Under the pieces are notes generated by a model. That model was not told where the DNA came from. It searched no databases and was given only the letters and a program-made list of their open reading frames with translations. DNA of 64,000 nt from Fimbriosthenelais zetlandica (Eukaryota). The stretch is from positions 8,432,001 to 8,496,000 of the forward strand of contig OZ365115.1 in assembly GCA_977030845.1 (NCBI GenBank), written 5' to 3'. A program made the translations under genes and the position numbers. Of this stretch, positions 50,101 to 62,900 are shown piece after piece. Every line of letters starts with the position of its first letter. Position 1 is the stretch's first letter.

Positions 50101-53100
50101 TAGCCAAATTTCTGGTCAGCTTTTGATGCTGATGCTGGCAAAAAACGATATATCCCAGTGGCCCCATCCAAAGGTGAAAGCCAGTTGTTACATACGAAGT
50201 ACCAGGATGTTCCTTGCTGAATATCCTTCACCATGATTTGCGTGAGAAACCTGTTGATACAAAAAGATTGAGATTATTGTTCTTTCAATTCATTAGGATT
50301 TTGTCGGGTTGGCCCATGGGTGAAAGGTACTGGCTGAGATGATGATATGAGTATCATGAAATACAGGGTTTTAAATGTATTGGACCTTCCGTATTCAAAA
50401 AGTATAGGCATAAATTTATGATATTCATGGAATAGCTGCTGTCAATGCTATGAGGTAAAAGTCTAGACTTACCATGAAGGGAATGTCCCTGAGCAATCAT
50501 GCCATACAATCAGTGTTTTTAGTTCCCCCAGACAAGCTGGGGTGGTTAATAAGAACCAGTCCTCTGCTCCGGTTTCGAACCTAGGACGTTCAGGATCATG
50601 GAGTATATGGATATCGCTATTAGCACGAGAACCTCTGATGAACATTGACACATTAGACGTGGTGCCTGCCTCTCCCCTCCATCCCGTCTGTACCATTACC
50701 AGGTAGCCATATGTGGCAGCCTCTGGGTTGTCTTCAAGAACAACCACTCCAAGCTGTTGTTAATGAATGATATGAGCAATTATTTATTCAAGTTACATGG
50801 TATGGCTGAAGGGGTTGATATACATTGGTGGGAAACGCCTGCCTGCCCCGTGAAGGAAGGCCAAAGAAAACTAAAGCTCCCACTCCAAGATGAAACTGAA
50901 CCTCGACCCCAAAAAAACTATTTGAGAAAGTCGATCAGCTCCCACTAATGTGAATCACAGGCTTTCGTGAAATGATACAGTACTTATAATGTGAAAGCTA
51001 AATGTATATGGATCGAACTACAACTCTTGGAGCACATACCTTCTGTTGGTCCGTCCTGTCCTGTCTCCGAGCCCAGACTGTGAGGAGAATAAAACTCACC
51101 CAGACCACGACCACCAAGCTAACGACCACAGGGTTACTGAAGAAGGTGGAGAACAACTTGATGTCCTTGATCAGGTCCACCTCATTAGGAATGACCAGGA
51201 AGCTGGCTGAGAATGTAGACAAGTGCTTGCAGCTGCACATCACTTCAGATGGTGAACTTTGAGACATAAGCTGTCAAATAGATAGATTCCATTGAGATGT
51301 TACAAATAGAATTTTGGGGTATACACCGGATAGGAAACTCAAATCGAAAGTATTAGCTCCTTCATCTCAATTTTTTAACAAACAAAAAATGCAGCATAAT
51401 TACCAAACAGCCATCCGTTTTCCAAACTCCTAACACAGGATCCCAATCCAGACATGCTCCAAGGAAGACTTCACTGATTATTGTCATTTGCCCATCAACA
51501 AATTCATGGTCCGCCTCTCCATGCACAGCGCTGCTATGCAGCAAGCCAACATAGACTACTTGTGTCTCAGAGTCATTACTGCTGTGTCCAAACAGGCCAA
51601 GTTGGTCATTTAGAGAAATAATGGCTTCAATATCAATGAAAGATGATATGGACACAATATTTTGCGCATTGTATCCAGAAGTGCCATCTATTGCGTCTAA
51701 TGCCCACAGATCGTTGCTAGTATTGCCGTTGAATTCTGTGATATCTGGACGCTGATTAACAGATGCAATGAGAGTGAGATTGACATCCGTTCTTGATAAA
51801 TTAAGGAACATCCTGAATGTTCTGCCTGGAGGTAAATCAAATTTGAAGTAAACGGGACTCTGCTTAGATAAGGTGTCCTCCTGAGTGTTCAGATCGAGAA
51901 TTCCTATTGACGGAAGGGAATCTGTGGCAACTGCAAAGGAAACGTTGAGAATCTAAACAAAAGTTGAATATAGGATATATGATATAGGATATGCTCTCAC
52001 AATATGAATCTCAGTTACAGAGTTTTTGGAAGGTTTTATAGGAGATGGCAGTATACACTTGCATAATGTCTTGCAGCGATATCTATATTTTATTTTAGCA
52101 GCTATCTTGCAATTGTGAGGCTGTTCTTGCCGCCAAGTGAAACCACATGGGCCACAGGCCGAAAAAAGTCATTACTTACATGTTGGTCTCATGTACATTT
52201 GAAGCAGATAATCTGTGATATTGATAGGAATGGGTTGACTGTCCGGAAGAGTCAGGTCTATACCAACCACAGCAGTATTCAGCACTAAAGTAGAATTCCA
52301 AGCAAAGGGATTTTCTCCACTGCTGTAAGACTGAAGACAAGAATAGAGCTCACATTTTATCTTGAGTTGCATATCTACATACTTTTCCTTGGAAATTATA
52401 TTTTTTGATTTACAGACGACCATGGAAATTGGTTTTCACCAGCAGGGCTAGTTCAATTGAAATTAAACTAGCCCTGCTGTAAATGAACTTGTCTTTGGAT
52501 CTGCTCTTTACCTTAACACCGATGCTCGTGTTAGCCGGCCAACCAGTTGCAGACAAATAAGCTTGGATCGTTTCATTCACGTTAATGAAACCTTCTGAGA
52601 GGTCAATGGCCCCATTGTCATAAGTTGAACCTCCACCAGGGACGAGGGACAGTGGCAGACCCTCACTGCTGTTGGCTTTTTGTACAGAGAGGGATATGCT
52701 GCTCAGATTGAAATCAATGGGTTCAGCGTCAGAGTCCAGAACGTATAAAAACCCGTCTGCAACTGCCTCCAAAGTGCCATACATGCTAGTGACTATTACT
52801 TTAACCTAAAAGACGACAAGTGACTTAAGTTATATGGCCTGGATTGAAAAGAAAATATCAGTTTTCTAGATACTACATTGTCTCAACCGAATGGATAAAA
52901 AAAAAAGTATACCTTATCTTCTAGAGCTTGCTTTGTTGCTGTATCTTGACTTTGGTTACCACTGAATCCATCTTTAACTAAGCTGCCAATCTCTGCCTGA
53001 GCAAGAGCATACACTCTCGATGCACTGGACAGGATTGTCCTTGAACGAAATTGGAATACACCCTGTATACATTGATCACATTTGGATACTCTCATTGTAA

Positions 53101-56100
53101 AATAATATGATGAACTGTGGATAATACATACTTGCCTAAATCTAGGGAAACGTCGTCTTCATATTCAGTCTCATTCATTAAATCCTTGAATGTTTGACCG
53201 AAAGATTCAGCAGTTTGCATGGCATCAATCTGAAGTTTCAGTGAAATTTCATGAAAAATATAATATTTTGCAGATTTCCATGTGCTATACATCAATGGAA
53301 TGCTCGTAATCTGCTTTATAAGAATCTGCAACTAACTCGAAATCCATTTTTGCGACTTTAGACTCATTTCATGAAAACATTACACAAAATTTAATGTGAA
53401 GTGAAGTACCTGGGTATCGGAAGTGAGTAGCTCAGGTTGTGCGGTTATTAAATCCAAAACTCGACCAGTGGCATTGAGGATCTCAAAATCTGTAGTATTG
53501 ACCTTTTCCATAGCCACGATGGCCATAGCCATTAACTATCAAAGATACAGATGGATCAAAGAGACAATTTTACTCTGAAACATCATATAATGGCGAACTA
53601 TATAGAAGAGTTTCTCAAGGCCCCCATTTTAAAGTTGGCTGGCCTTTTCCTTTAAATGATTTTTAGTGGGAATTATTTGGCATATTCTGGAACAAGTTCA
53701 CAGCTGAGTTCAGCTGATGGAAAAATATATTACGAACCTGCTGATATTCATTTAGAGACCATGCTACTTGGTTATCATTGATTTTTCCCAGGATAAGCTC
53801 CACGCTATTGATGGTAGCTGCAGGAAGATAAAAAAAACCAGGAGAGTTAGCAGATTAGGAACAAAGTATTCTTTGCATTAAGGAAGGTTTTCAGACACCA
53901 AGTCATTTAAAGATTTAATTAATAATAACAAAAGATATTACCTATAACGTCAGCAAGGGGATTATCAAACACATCTGTTATATTTTGCATCCTCATAAAG
54001 TAAAAATCCATGTCATGAGGAGGACCAGTGGGCGAAACCTAGATGAACAAAGACATTGAATTTTACATTTTGCTAATTTCTAATTTTACAAAGGAACCTT
54101 ACATCTCACCTCTATTTTTTTCTCCCTCCAACTCTTGAGTGTACTCTCTACTGAGATATTTCGCTAGGCCTCCTTACTTCTCTTTTTGTTGTTTTTTTTA
54201 CCTCAAATACTATATTACATCCTAATATACATCATTTAATGTTGATAAAGGCAGGAAAGTCAGTTTAAAATGTAATATATTGCCTATACCAGGATTTCAA
54301 GCGTTTCATTGCCGATTAGGCCTTGGCTGGCAAACCTCTGTACAGTGATGGTTACAGTCGTGTTAGCCTCTGGTTCACCTTTCACCTCCAGCAGGAGAAA
54401 TGGTGGCGTGATGCTTCCTCCGTCATATATTTGATTCGATATACCTGAATCTGAAGGCAGCATTTATCATTATTAGTACAGTATAGCCTGTATAAGAGCC
54501 CCGATACATTGGATATGAGCCCACTCCAACCCCTTTTTCCGTGCGCTATACCCAATATACAAGATGTGAAATGAGACGGAATCTTATTTTTAACATGCTA
54601 GAATTGTGAATTTGTCAGTCATTGGTTACTTTTATGAAGCTAGTTAAATGCTTACCAGTGGCGAAAACGAACACATGATTGACAACGCCTGGTGAATCAA
54701 CACATGTGATGAAATACTGTGCTAGAATGGCTTCTCCATAAGTCGGTTCCACTTCACACTTCTTCATACAAGAGACTTAAAGAAGAATAAAAGGCATATA
54801 TTATATTATTATTGGTCCCATTTTGGGGAAATAATTATTAACATGGCAATGGAATAATCGAATAATGCAATTACATGCATGCCATATATGGACACTGAAA
54901 TTTAATTAAATTTTAATTACAGGCCTATGATGATGTCGGTAAAATTATAATGTGACCACCATTTCTAATGCCTTTTAATGAATCAAGACTTTTAATATTA
55001 TTTAGTGATGTTTAATGACTGTTAGGAACTTTGAATTATCAACTATAAAAAATTCACTTACAATCACGGTAGCAGACGAGTGGGCCTAGAGTGAAGGCAG
55101 CCATTTCATGCCACCACATGACATCACCAACTGACAGTGATCTGATTGGGAAGGTGTCAACCTGCTTTAGGCTTATAGTCTCAAAATGTTCATCAGTAAC
55201 CGTTTTTTTCTTACAGGTGTCTGAGCATTGGCAACCTAAAATAGGATCAGTTAAAATATGTGATTAACAGAAGAGAGAAAATGAGTACCGGTAGTTCTAC
55301 CAAGAAATATCTGATGGTCAAATCAAGGATACTGGTACTATCCTTGGTCATACCACACCCATTATCATTAGTCCTAGATTTTTAGTGCATCATTTGGAAA
55401 GGGACCCTTGAATAGTAGAGTTGTTAACTTGTTTAACCTCCAGTTAGCAATTTTCAGCTATTTCCGGGTGATTAGTGAAGCCTCTAATGAAAAGTACTGG
55501 AGTCAAATATCTTATTCATAGGATAATTGGTCTATATATTACATGTGTTTCCAATCATTTGACATTTTGGCAGTAAATTTTGAAACTGCTAGGTATTAAA
55601 ATCAAGATACTTAACTCCTGGTGGGCAATTTTCAATCATATAATCCACAAAGTTTATCCTGGTCGAGTCATAAGCAGTCCAATACCAATAATCCAATCTG
55701 TTGCCAACACATTGTAGATCGAAAGAATATGAGCAATTTGAAAATTGCAGCACTATTTTTTCACGAACCTGTAGATAAATTAGTATTAATTGGCAGAATA
55801 TAGGTCTAATAATTGGTGACAAAACTCATTTCACATAAATTATAATTAGACAAGTATCTAAGTCGTTTGTAGCTTATATAGATATTAAAAGCAGACTTTG
55901 TATACTACCAGCGAGTAATAGTATTTCAACCAATAAATTAAAATTTTTCTATTTTTCTTGCCTCTTGATAGGTCAATCCCGGGTAGGTGATCTGAGTGGT
56001 GGCGAGATCGGAGACGTTGGTGTAGTAACCACAGATAGCCTTCCTCACTTCACTGTCATGGTGAAAGATGTTCATGGTGCTGTCACTGAAGTCACATGTG

Positions 56101-58321
56101 ACAGTGATGTAGGTTCCATCATTGACAGGATCTATGAGGTAATCACCTTTCTCAGTGTTTCCAAGGCATTGATAGTGGTCAGCACATGAACTGACAAAGG
56201 CATCGGCTGAAATAGAAAGAAACTAACAGGTAAGTTATGAATCATTGATGGCCAAATAATTTATTTCATTTAATAATTTATTAAAATAATTTCGAAACAA
56301 GATCTTCATGACTAGTCTACATGTTATGATGTATAACACTGTATTAGTAGCCAAGGCTGTAGGTCTAGCATTATAGTCTTGGACCTATTTATTAGGCTTA
56401 TATAATTTGAATAGTTTTAGTGAAAGATATTGCAAATTTAATGTACTAAAATGATGAAACTGCTTGGTATTCAAATCACTAAACTCCTGGCGGGCAATTT
56501 GCGATCAATCTAAATTAATATAATTTAATCATGTATACTAGCTATACAAATGACATGGTAGTTAAGAGAAAACCTTCAAGTGTCAAATATTTAACTTTTA
56601 AAGATTTTAAATATTTAAAAAAATGTAGGCAGGCTTATTTTAACATTTATAACTTACCGTACTTGCCGGTGTATAACGCGCAACTTTTTGACCTGGTAAT
56701 TGGCCAAAATCGGGGCCTGCGCGTTATACACCGGAGCGCATTATATATGGATTTTTCTCACATGGTGACTGCCAAATTCGGTCTAAGTTCGGCGGGACCA
56801 TGCTTGTCAGACTTCAAAGGGACGCATGGTGGGAGGCAGCCGACTATGTCCACGGATTAGTGGGATGCTAATTAGTCCATACAGAAAAGCTATGTTGCCT
56901 TGAGATGGCTATTGTGTCTGGGAGGACGCTGTCTGGGGTGGGAGAAACGGGTATACAAATTGCGCGTTATACACCGGTGCGCACTATATATGGATTTTAC
57001 TTGAGAGGTAGGGGGGTGCGCGTTATAGTCCGGAGCGCGTTATACACCGGCAAGTACGGTACTAATACTGCCAATAGCTTACCCGAGTAAAAGAGGAGAT
57101 GTAGAAGCTCTGGAAACCAAAGTACAAGCACATGTAAGGGAGACAAAGGGTAGGACAGAGGGAATTGAATCCAGGATCAAAGGTGACTGGTCGAAGGATA
57201 TAATCATATCCTATAACAGACACCCACCCCTTTGCACTCTCCCCACAAGTCATGATGAGAAAGCTTCGTAGTGCCTAGTGGATTGGTTGGTGGGGAGTGG
57301 GGGTGGGGGGGGGGGGGGGGGGGTGTAAAGATATATAACATTAAAAGGGCAGGGGCGGATGGGTGGAAGGGTGTAGGGGAATGGTTTTTTTTGGGTTTTT
57401 TTCACACTCTTGATTACTCAAGTTTTCGTATGATTTTCAGCTGGGGGCTCTTTCTATGTGCATTATATCACTATGTTAGGCCTACTTACCGTATATCAAA
57501 CCACCTTTTGTCTCTCGTCCCAATCCCTTATAACAAAGATGAAGATTGGGAGGGGGTACGGTACCGTAGCAGGCTTTCACACCTCGTGCCTCAATCACAG
57601 TTTGAACTATACCTGTGGTGTGGGGTGGTGGGGGCTGATCTGTTAATTACTGTAGGCTAATTAGCCGAAATTGCGTAACTACTATAAAGCCAGTAGGCTC
57701 CTCTATGCAGGTGGGCAGGTTTCGTGGCGCAGGTGGGTTGTAGGTTCAGAAAGCCAAGGGCGGCAAGGGTGATCTATGCCAACACGGGTTCGAATCCGGG
57801 TAGCGACCGAAGCATTTTCTTGGTAAAACCAGTGAAGCGTGAAGCTAGGTAAAAGCATAGAACTGCAGCAGTTTGGTTGGACATCAACACAATAGGTAGG
57901 ATAGGAAGCCCCACTCCCAAATTGGCCAAATGGCATAGGCCTATAAATAGTATAATAGACATAGATCTATTTAGTGGGAGGGCGGGAGTAAAAAGTATTT
58001 ATTTAAAAATAAATCTCCAAAAGGAAGGAGACCTCCTAAGGCCAGGGCAGGGCCCCGAGGCTGCACTACACCCATAGCCATACTGGCCCATACCATAGGC
58101 ACTGACCACTGTGTCCAGTTTCAGTGACACGCCCATCAACATCACTGGCAATGACATGACAAAAATACAATTTATGAATGGACACAGAGAGAAATTGATT
58201 GTGAAAACCCATTCTTTGTCCCCCTGGCCATACCCGGTTTCAGATAAACTATAATACTGGAAAGAGTTCACTCACCAAGGCAGACTAACAGCCATGAGCT
58301 GGACCCTGTAGCTGACCCCAT
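44144..58321 (-). CDS. Polycystin-1-like (PKD1L/REJ family) protein: signal peptide, CASPR-type fibrinogen-like domain, REJ fragment, GAIN/GPS, PLAT, polycystin channel domain
   Basis: First exons 58276-58321 and 58094-58144 give MGSATGSSSWLLVCLVMLMGVSLKLDTVVSAY. Then 55962-56206, 55618-55768, 55062-55235, 54656-54775 (CEVEPTYGEAILAQYFITC, REJ), 54290-54450, 53942-54038, 53738-53817 and 53410-53535. Further exons encode NPFAWNS (~52.3 kb), GPS CSCKHLSTFSASF (~51.2 kb), PLAT YLVMVQTGWRGEAGTTSNV...WHDCSG (50.5-50.75 kb), RPPQTVFTRPQRL (~49.85 kb) and LPWWCLHLAW (~46.95 kb). The 1285-nt last exon 44144-45428 has YSGGGFIQNLG and DDHTRSILLEINLYNPNVNLF. Some internal junctions (47-49 kb, 53.1 kb) are not resolved. 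Confidence 0.9.
56655..57061. mobile_element. Tc2/pogo-like MITE, copy 2, in an intron of the PKD1-like gene
   Basis: Same 407-bp length, TIRs and TA flanks as 7780-8186. About four substitutions seen by eye. Confidence 0.9.
57305..57323. repeat. 19-nt poly(G) run within a G-rich tract
   Basis: Directly visible. Flanked by further GGG runs, so it is G-quadruplex-capable. Confidence 0.8.
57722..57860 (+). mobile_element. tRNA-derived SINE-like element, second diverged copy
   Basis: TGGCGCAGGTGG (A-box-like), GGTTCGAATCC at 57787-57797, then AAACCAGTGAAGCGTGAAG as in the 31.8 kb copy. Confidence 0.55.
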
Positions 58322-59903
58322 GTCTTCAAGAGGCCGCCATTAAACCACGTGACAATGTTGTTATTACTAGTGTTCAAACAATCCGCCAGGGGCAAATATT
58401 TTCCCGCCACTCGTACCATATGGCCTGGTCTTCTTTTCCCTAACTTTCCTTCACTAGAGGAACATATCCAAACCTTCGTTAACTTAACTTAACACCCATA
58501 TTAAAAATGAAAATAAAAACAGCGAAATATCTTAAATCATGATTTTATTAAAACTGCCAAGACACTTAAATTCAAGAAACACACATACAGGTGCATTGTG
58601 CTGGTTTTACACCCTATAAAATTATCAAATATTAATTACATCGCATAGTAAATGTTTGTGAAGATTTATTGTTAGTTTCAGCTCTCATTTATAATATCAA
58701 AAGGTTCCATTCTGAAATGTATAACATGCCTATACATTTATACTACGGTATATAGGTAGGCCTATGGTACATGATAAGGGATCATTTTTCAATAAGTTAC
58801 TGTATATTATAATTATTGACTCGTTTCCACCACATCATTACACCCATAAAAGTTATAGATTATCCACGCGTTTACACACAGAGCGGTAAGAAAGATATGG
58901 CTTTTTAGCAAAAATAGCACATTACCAAAAGCTAGCTTTATCTAGGCCTAGTCTACATTTATCACTATACCGTACCTTAATCAGAAATCACATTCAATAT
59001 TAAATTTGCAAGACATTAATTCTTTAGTGGCTCAATAGCTGAAAAAACTTTAATCAGACTTCTAAGATTCCGCCTATCTAGCCTACTCCTGTTTTTCCAA
59101 TTTATATTTAGGTCTATACATAAATATAAAGACTACCGGTACCATTTCAATGTAGACCTACTTCCCTGCGGTGGTCCAGAAAAATTAAATGGCCTCACTA
59201 GCAGAAATTGCAGGAGAATTTTGAAAATTTCACATTGATCTGGGCAAAATATATAGGCTTAGTATTGGCCTAGTAGATTGAAATAGCTCGGATATCCAAC
59301 ACATTTTCCGTCACATTATACATACATACACATAGGCTTTACTATAGCTTAAATTGACCGTATCACATTACTCCGAAGGCATTTAATTTGTACAAATCTT
59401 TTTTTGTAAATTGACAGTCCATGTATTCACAAAAAATAATCAGAATATCCCATCTCGGTTAATATAATGAATTAAGGCATATTATATATACACAGTTTCA
59501 ATCAGAAAAGTGTAGTATGGATAAGATTCAAGCGCCATTCGAATTATTTATATAGAATCTGCATAAAAGGCACACCTATACCGATTTCACCTATACCGAA
59601 TCATGATTAAATGAATATTTCAAACATATAATTTATCTCTGCTCTTATGCAATATTTCTCTAGATACATGAGATATACAACACATAATTTAATCACTTTT
59701 TGTGGCTCATACTTGATGGTATATGTAGGTATTATAATTAGAGAATTCAATTTGACTAATCTAAAGACTTTTTTCGTTGTTTACCTCCTAATATTTTGGG
59801 GATGAGATTGAAAAGAAGGGACTCATTTAAAAGAATTTTTACAGTTGCCTTTCTTTGAGTTATGTGCGTTGTAAAGATTCTGGGGTGAACTTTAAAATGA
59901 TCA

Positions 59904-62900
59904 TCAACCTGAGTAGGACTGGTCCCTCTTGAGAGCAGAGCGAAGGCAGCATGCGGTAACGAACCCGATAATCTGAAAGTATCCAGTAAAGACATGCATA
60001 ACAAGTCAGAGACATTCAACAGAATTAGGTGAAATTCTGAGTGACACAGCTGTTTGCTAAAGAAATAAGACATAAATTAAAATTAAAGAATTAATTGAGC
60101 ACCATGATAATATCTACACAAAAAATAATCCCGAGGGGAGGGTATCGAAATTTTCAAAGGAATGGATGGGGGCGGTGTGTTAGAGGGTCAGCCGTGTGGA
60201 AAACGAGAGGTGGTAAAAAAAAATCAATTCTTGAGCGACCAAAATTAATGTCTGAATAACATAGACCTACCTGAATGGCCCCTACAACAAAGCCAACGAT
60301 AAGCAGGATGAGAGACTGCCTCTTGAACCACTTCTCCAGAGATGAATAGCAACCCTATACACAGAAAACAAAAAATCATTATTTTTTATAAAGAAACAAC
60401 TCATGATTTGAACCGAAACCAAATCCAGCCTTTGGTGATTAAATAGTTTGAGAATCTAAAAAAATATAGGTCTTACAGTGGTCTGTAGATAAGAACTTCC
60501 TTCCCTCTTGTCCTTGGCATCTGTCTGACACAGTACAGCGTCAATGGGCCGTGGATCCTTAGGGTCAGCATTGGCCAACTTGCAGCAAGAGAGAGGCACA
60601 TACTTGTCTGTGGAATTGTGCTGGAAATCAAGAGAGGAGACTTTCAGTAAGGACATAACAATACAGGGATCCTCCTCTAACCCCTACCTTTGGGACTGAA
60701 CAGAAGTGGTCTATATAAGGAGGTGGTGATTTAAAGGGGTATTTTAAACATGGACGAAGCAAACTGTGAGTTGGACAAGACAAACATGGTCGGTTTAAGG
60801 GAGTGGTCGGTTTAGGGGTACTCGATTACAAATGCGGATAAGGGGCTGTGTTTTTATTAAACAAGCATCCATTTTAATTCACCTGAATAAAAACTGCTTC
60901 TATTTGGTCCGTTCTAAATAGAGAAACTCGTAAAGAGAGACCGGACGAGGATATGACTCTGGGGAGGGGTCATGTCGACCAAGTCTCTCGTCCCAATCAC
61001 TCTGCTAACCACAGCACCATGAGCTCCAAAAGTCACAGTAACAGTAGTAGACAAGCATAGCCCCAGCGTGGAAAATTAATGAAGCGCCTGACATTATAAT
61101 GTGATTGGCATGAAGCTCTAGAGACTTTACACCAGCCAGGTTTAGGGACGACGGTAGTGACAAATGAATTGAGACATGGGGAAATGTGGTCCTTCGTTAT
61201 CTGCCGAATACATGTACATGTACATTCACTGCAACATTCAATATAAATTTACTAAGTTTGTTGCATGTATTAGGCCTATGTAGCCATAATGAATGCTCTT
61301 AATATTGTATGAATAATAAGGACTATACCTTGGTGGCATTATGCCATTCACTGTTCCTGTAGTCCTCATAGCTTAAAGCTCCACAGCAATGCAACTGGAT
61401 AAAAAAACATAATGAAAGGTTCAATTATTTTGAATTATTTTCAATACGGATATAAGACCAATAGGCCTATAATAATTGTTAGTTGACTGTTGTGCATATT
61501 AAATTATAATAATCTTACCCGTGTCTGAAGGAAATCCCATGCCACACCAGCTCCTGAATTTTTCCCATACTCTTCCTTGACCTGCCTTTCCATGGATTCT
61601 TGGAGATGATCTTCTACCTGTAACGTTTTCAATATACAATATATACGAGTAGGCCTACCGGTACATGGACCAAAATAGACATCTAAATGTATAGACATAC
61701 CTAAACAATATAGATTCGGAGTGGAAGTTCTTTTGATCAGTCGTTTTTAAATTGGGAGGGGAAATAATTATGACTGCATAAATAATTTGGATAACTAAGA
61801 CATACCCTTTGCTTGTAGATCACAGCTAAGACTGCTGCCACTATTTCTGCTGCCATGACAATAAGGAGTAAGAAGGCATACTGAAATGAAAAAAATTCAT
61901 TTCAGAACCATCTGACGCTTTGTTAGAAGACATCCAGGAACTGAAGGAGCAAGAATTAAACCCTGCAGAAAGGAACATTAAATGAAGGTAAAATTTGAAT
62001 ACTCTATTATGTGAACTAAAGATTGGAATTTCATTACAAATATTATATCACATGTAGAAGAAATTAATGTGTCCCTCTTAATGTTAAATTGTTGTGAAAT
62101 CGACTTTCTGCAAATAAACCATCAATTATGAATGAAGGTCAAGTTCATGTGATAGATGGATGATGAATATAGAGATGTTTACAAAATACAACTCGCTTAT
62201 TTGCTTTGGATACACAGCCATTATCTCCACATTCACTCGCATATAGTCCACGGATTTCCCATGAGAATATTAGACATTTGGCTATCAGGCTTACGGTCAG
62301 TTTTTCTCATATCATTCCAGTGTATTACATTTGTATTACATTTGTAAGCGCCGGTCCCATAAATGAATCGAAATGAAAATCACTAGAGCAATTCATATTT
62401 AGAAAACTAATGCAAAGCTCTCCAAACTTAATAAATTTGTCTGCCTTACGGACTCCCATGGGAAATCCCACATCATAGAAATTTCGCGATTTTTGTCATG
62501 AAATAGGCCCCCAGTACAGGTACATTGCCTAATGAGCTCTATTTACACTGGTCTCTTTTTTATGCCTCAGGGCAAGGTTCCAATCAGTAATTCTATACTC
62601 TCTAGATAATTCATTTACCGGTCGATTCACGTCTCTACATGTTTGATTCAATTAGTGGACAAATAGTTATATTGGCTTCATATAATTCAGTAATTTCCAG
62701 GTGAACCAAATATCACATAGGATTGCCATAAGATACTTTTTTCCTTTATAACTTTTGTAAGCATGCATCTGCCTTCTATGGTCCTATTTGTTTCTTACAA
62801 TATTATGTTGAAAATACCCCTTTATAAATGTTTGAATTTAGAAATGTTGGCCATTCCCAGAGGTGGTCGCACTAGGGGAGGAACACTGAGCTCGATATAA

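Noticed and set aside
60960-61040. CCG-containing segment as the tetraspanin B loop exon
   Set aside because: A stop follows CCG directly. The exon at 61329-61394 has proper splice sites and phase.
62347-62512. Short PIF/Harbinger-like MITE
   Set aside because: The termini are only loosely complementary and there is no second copy or TSD in the window.
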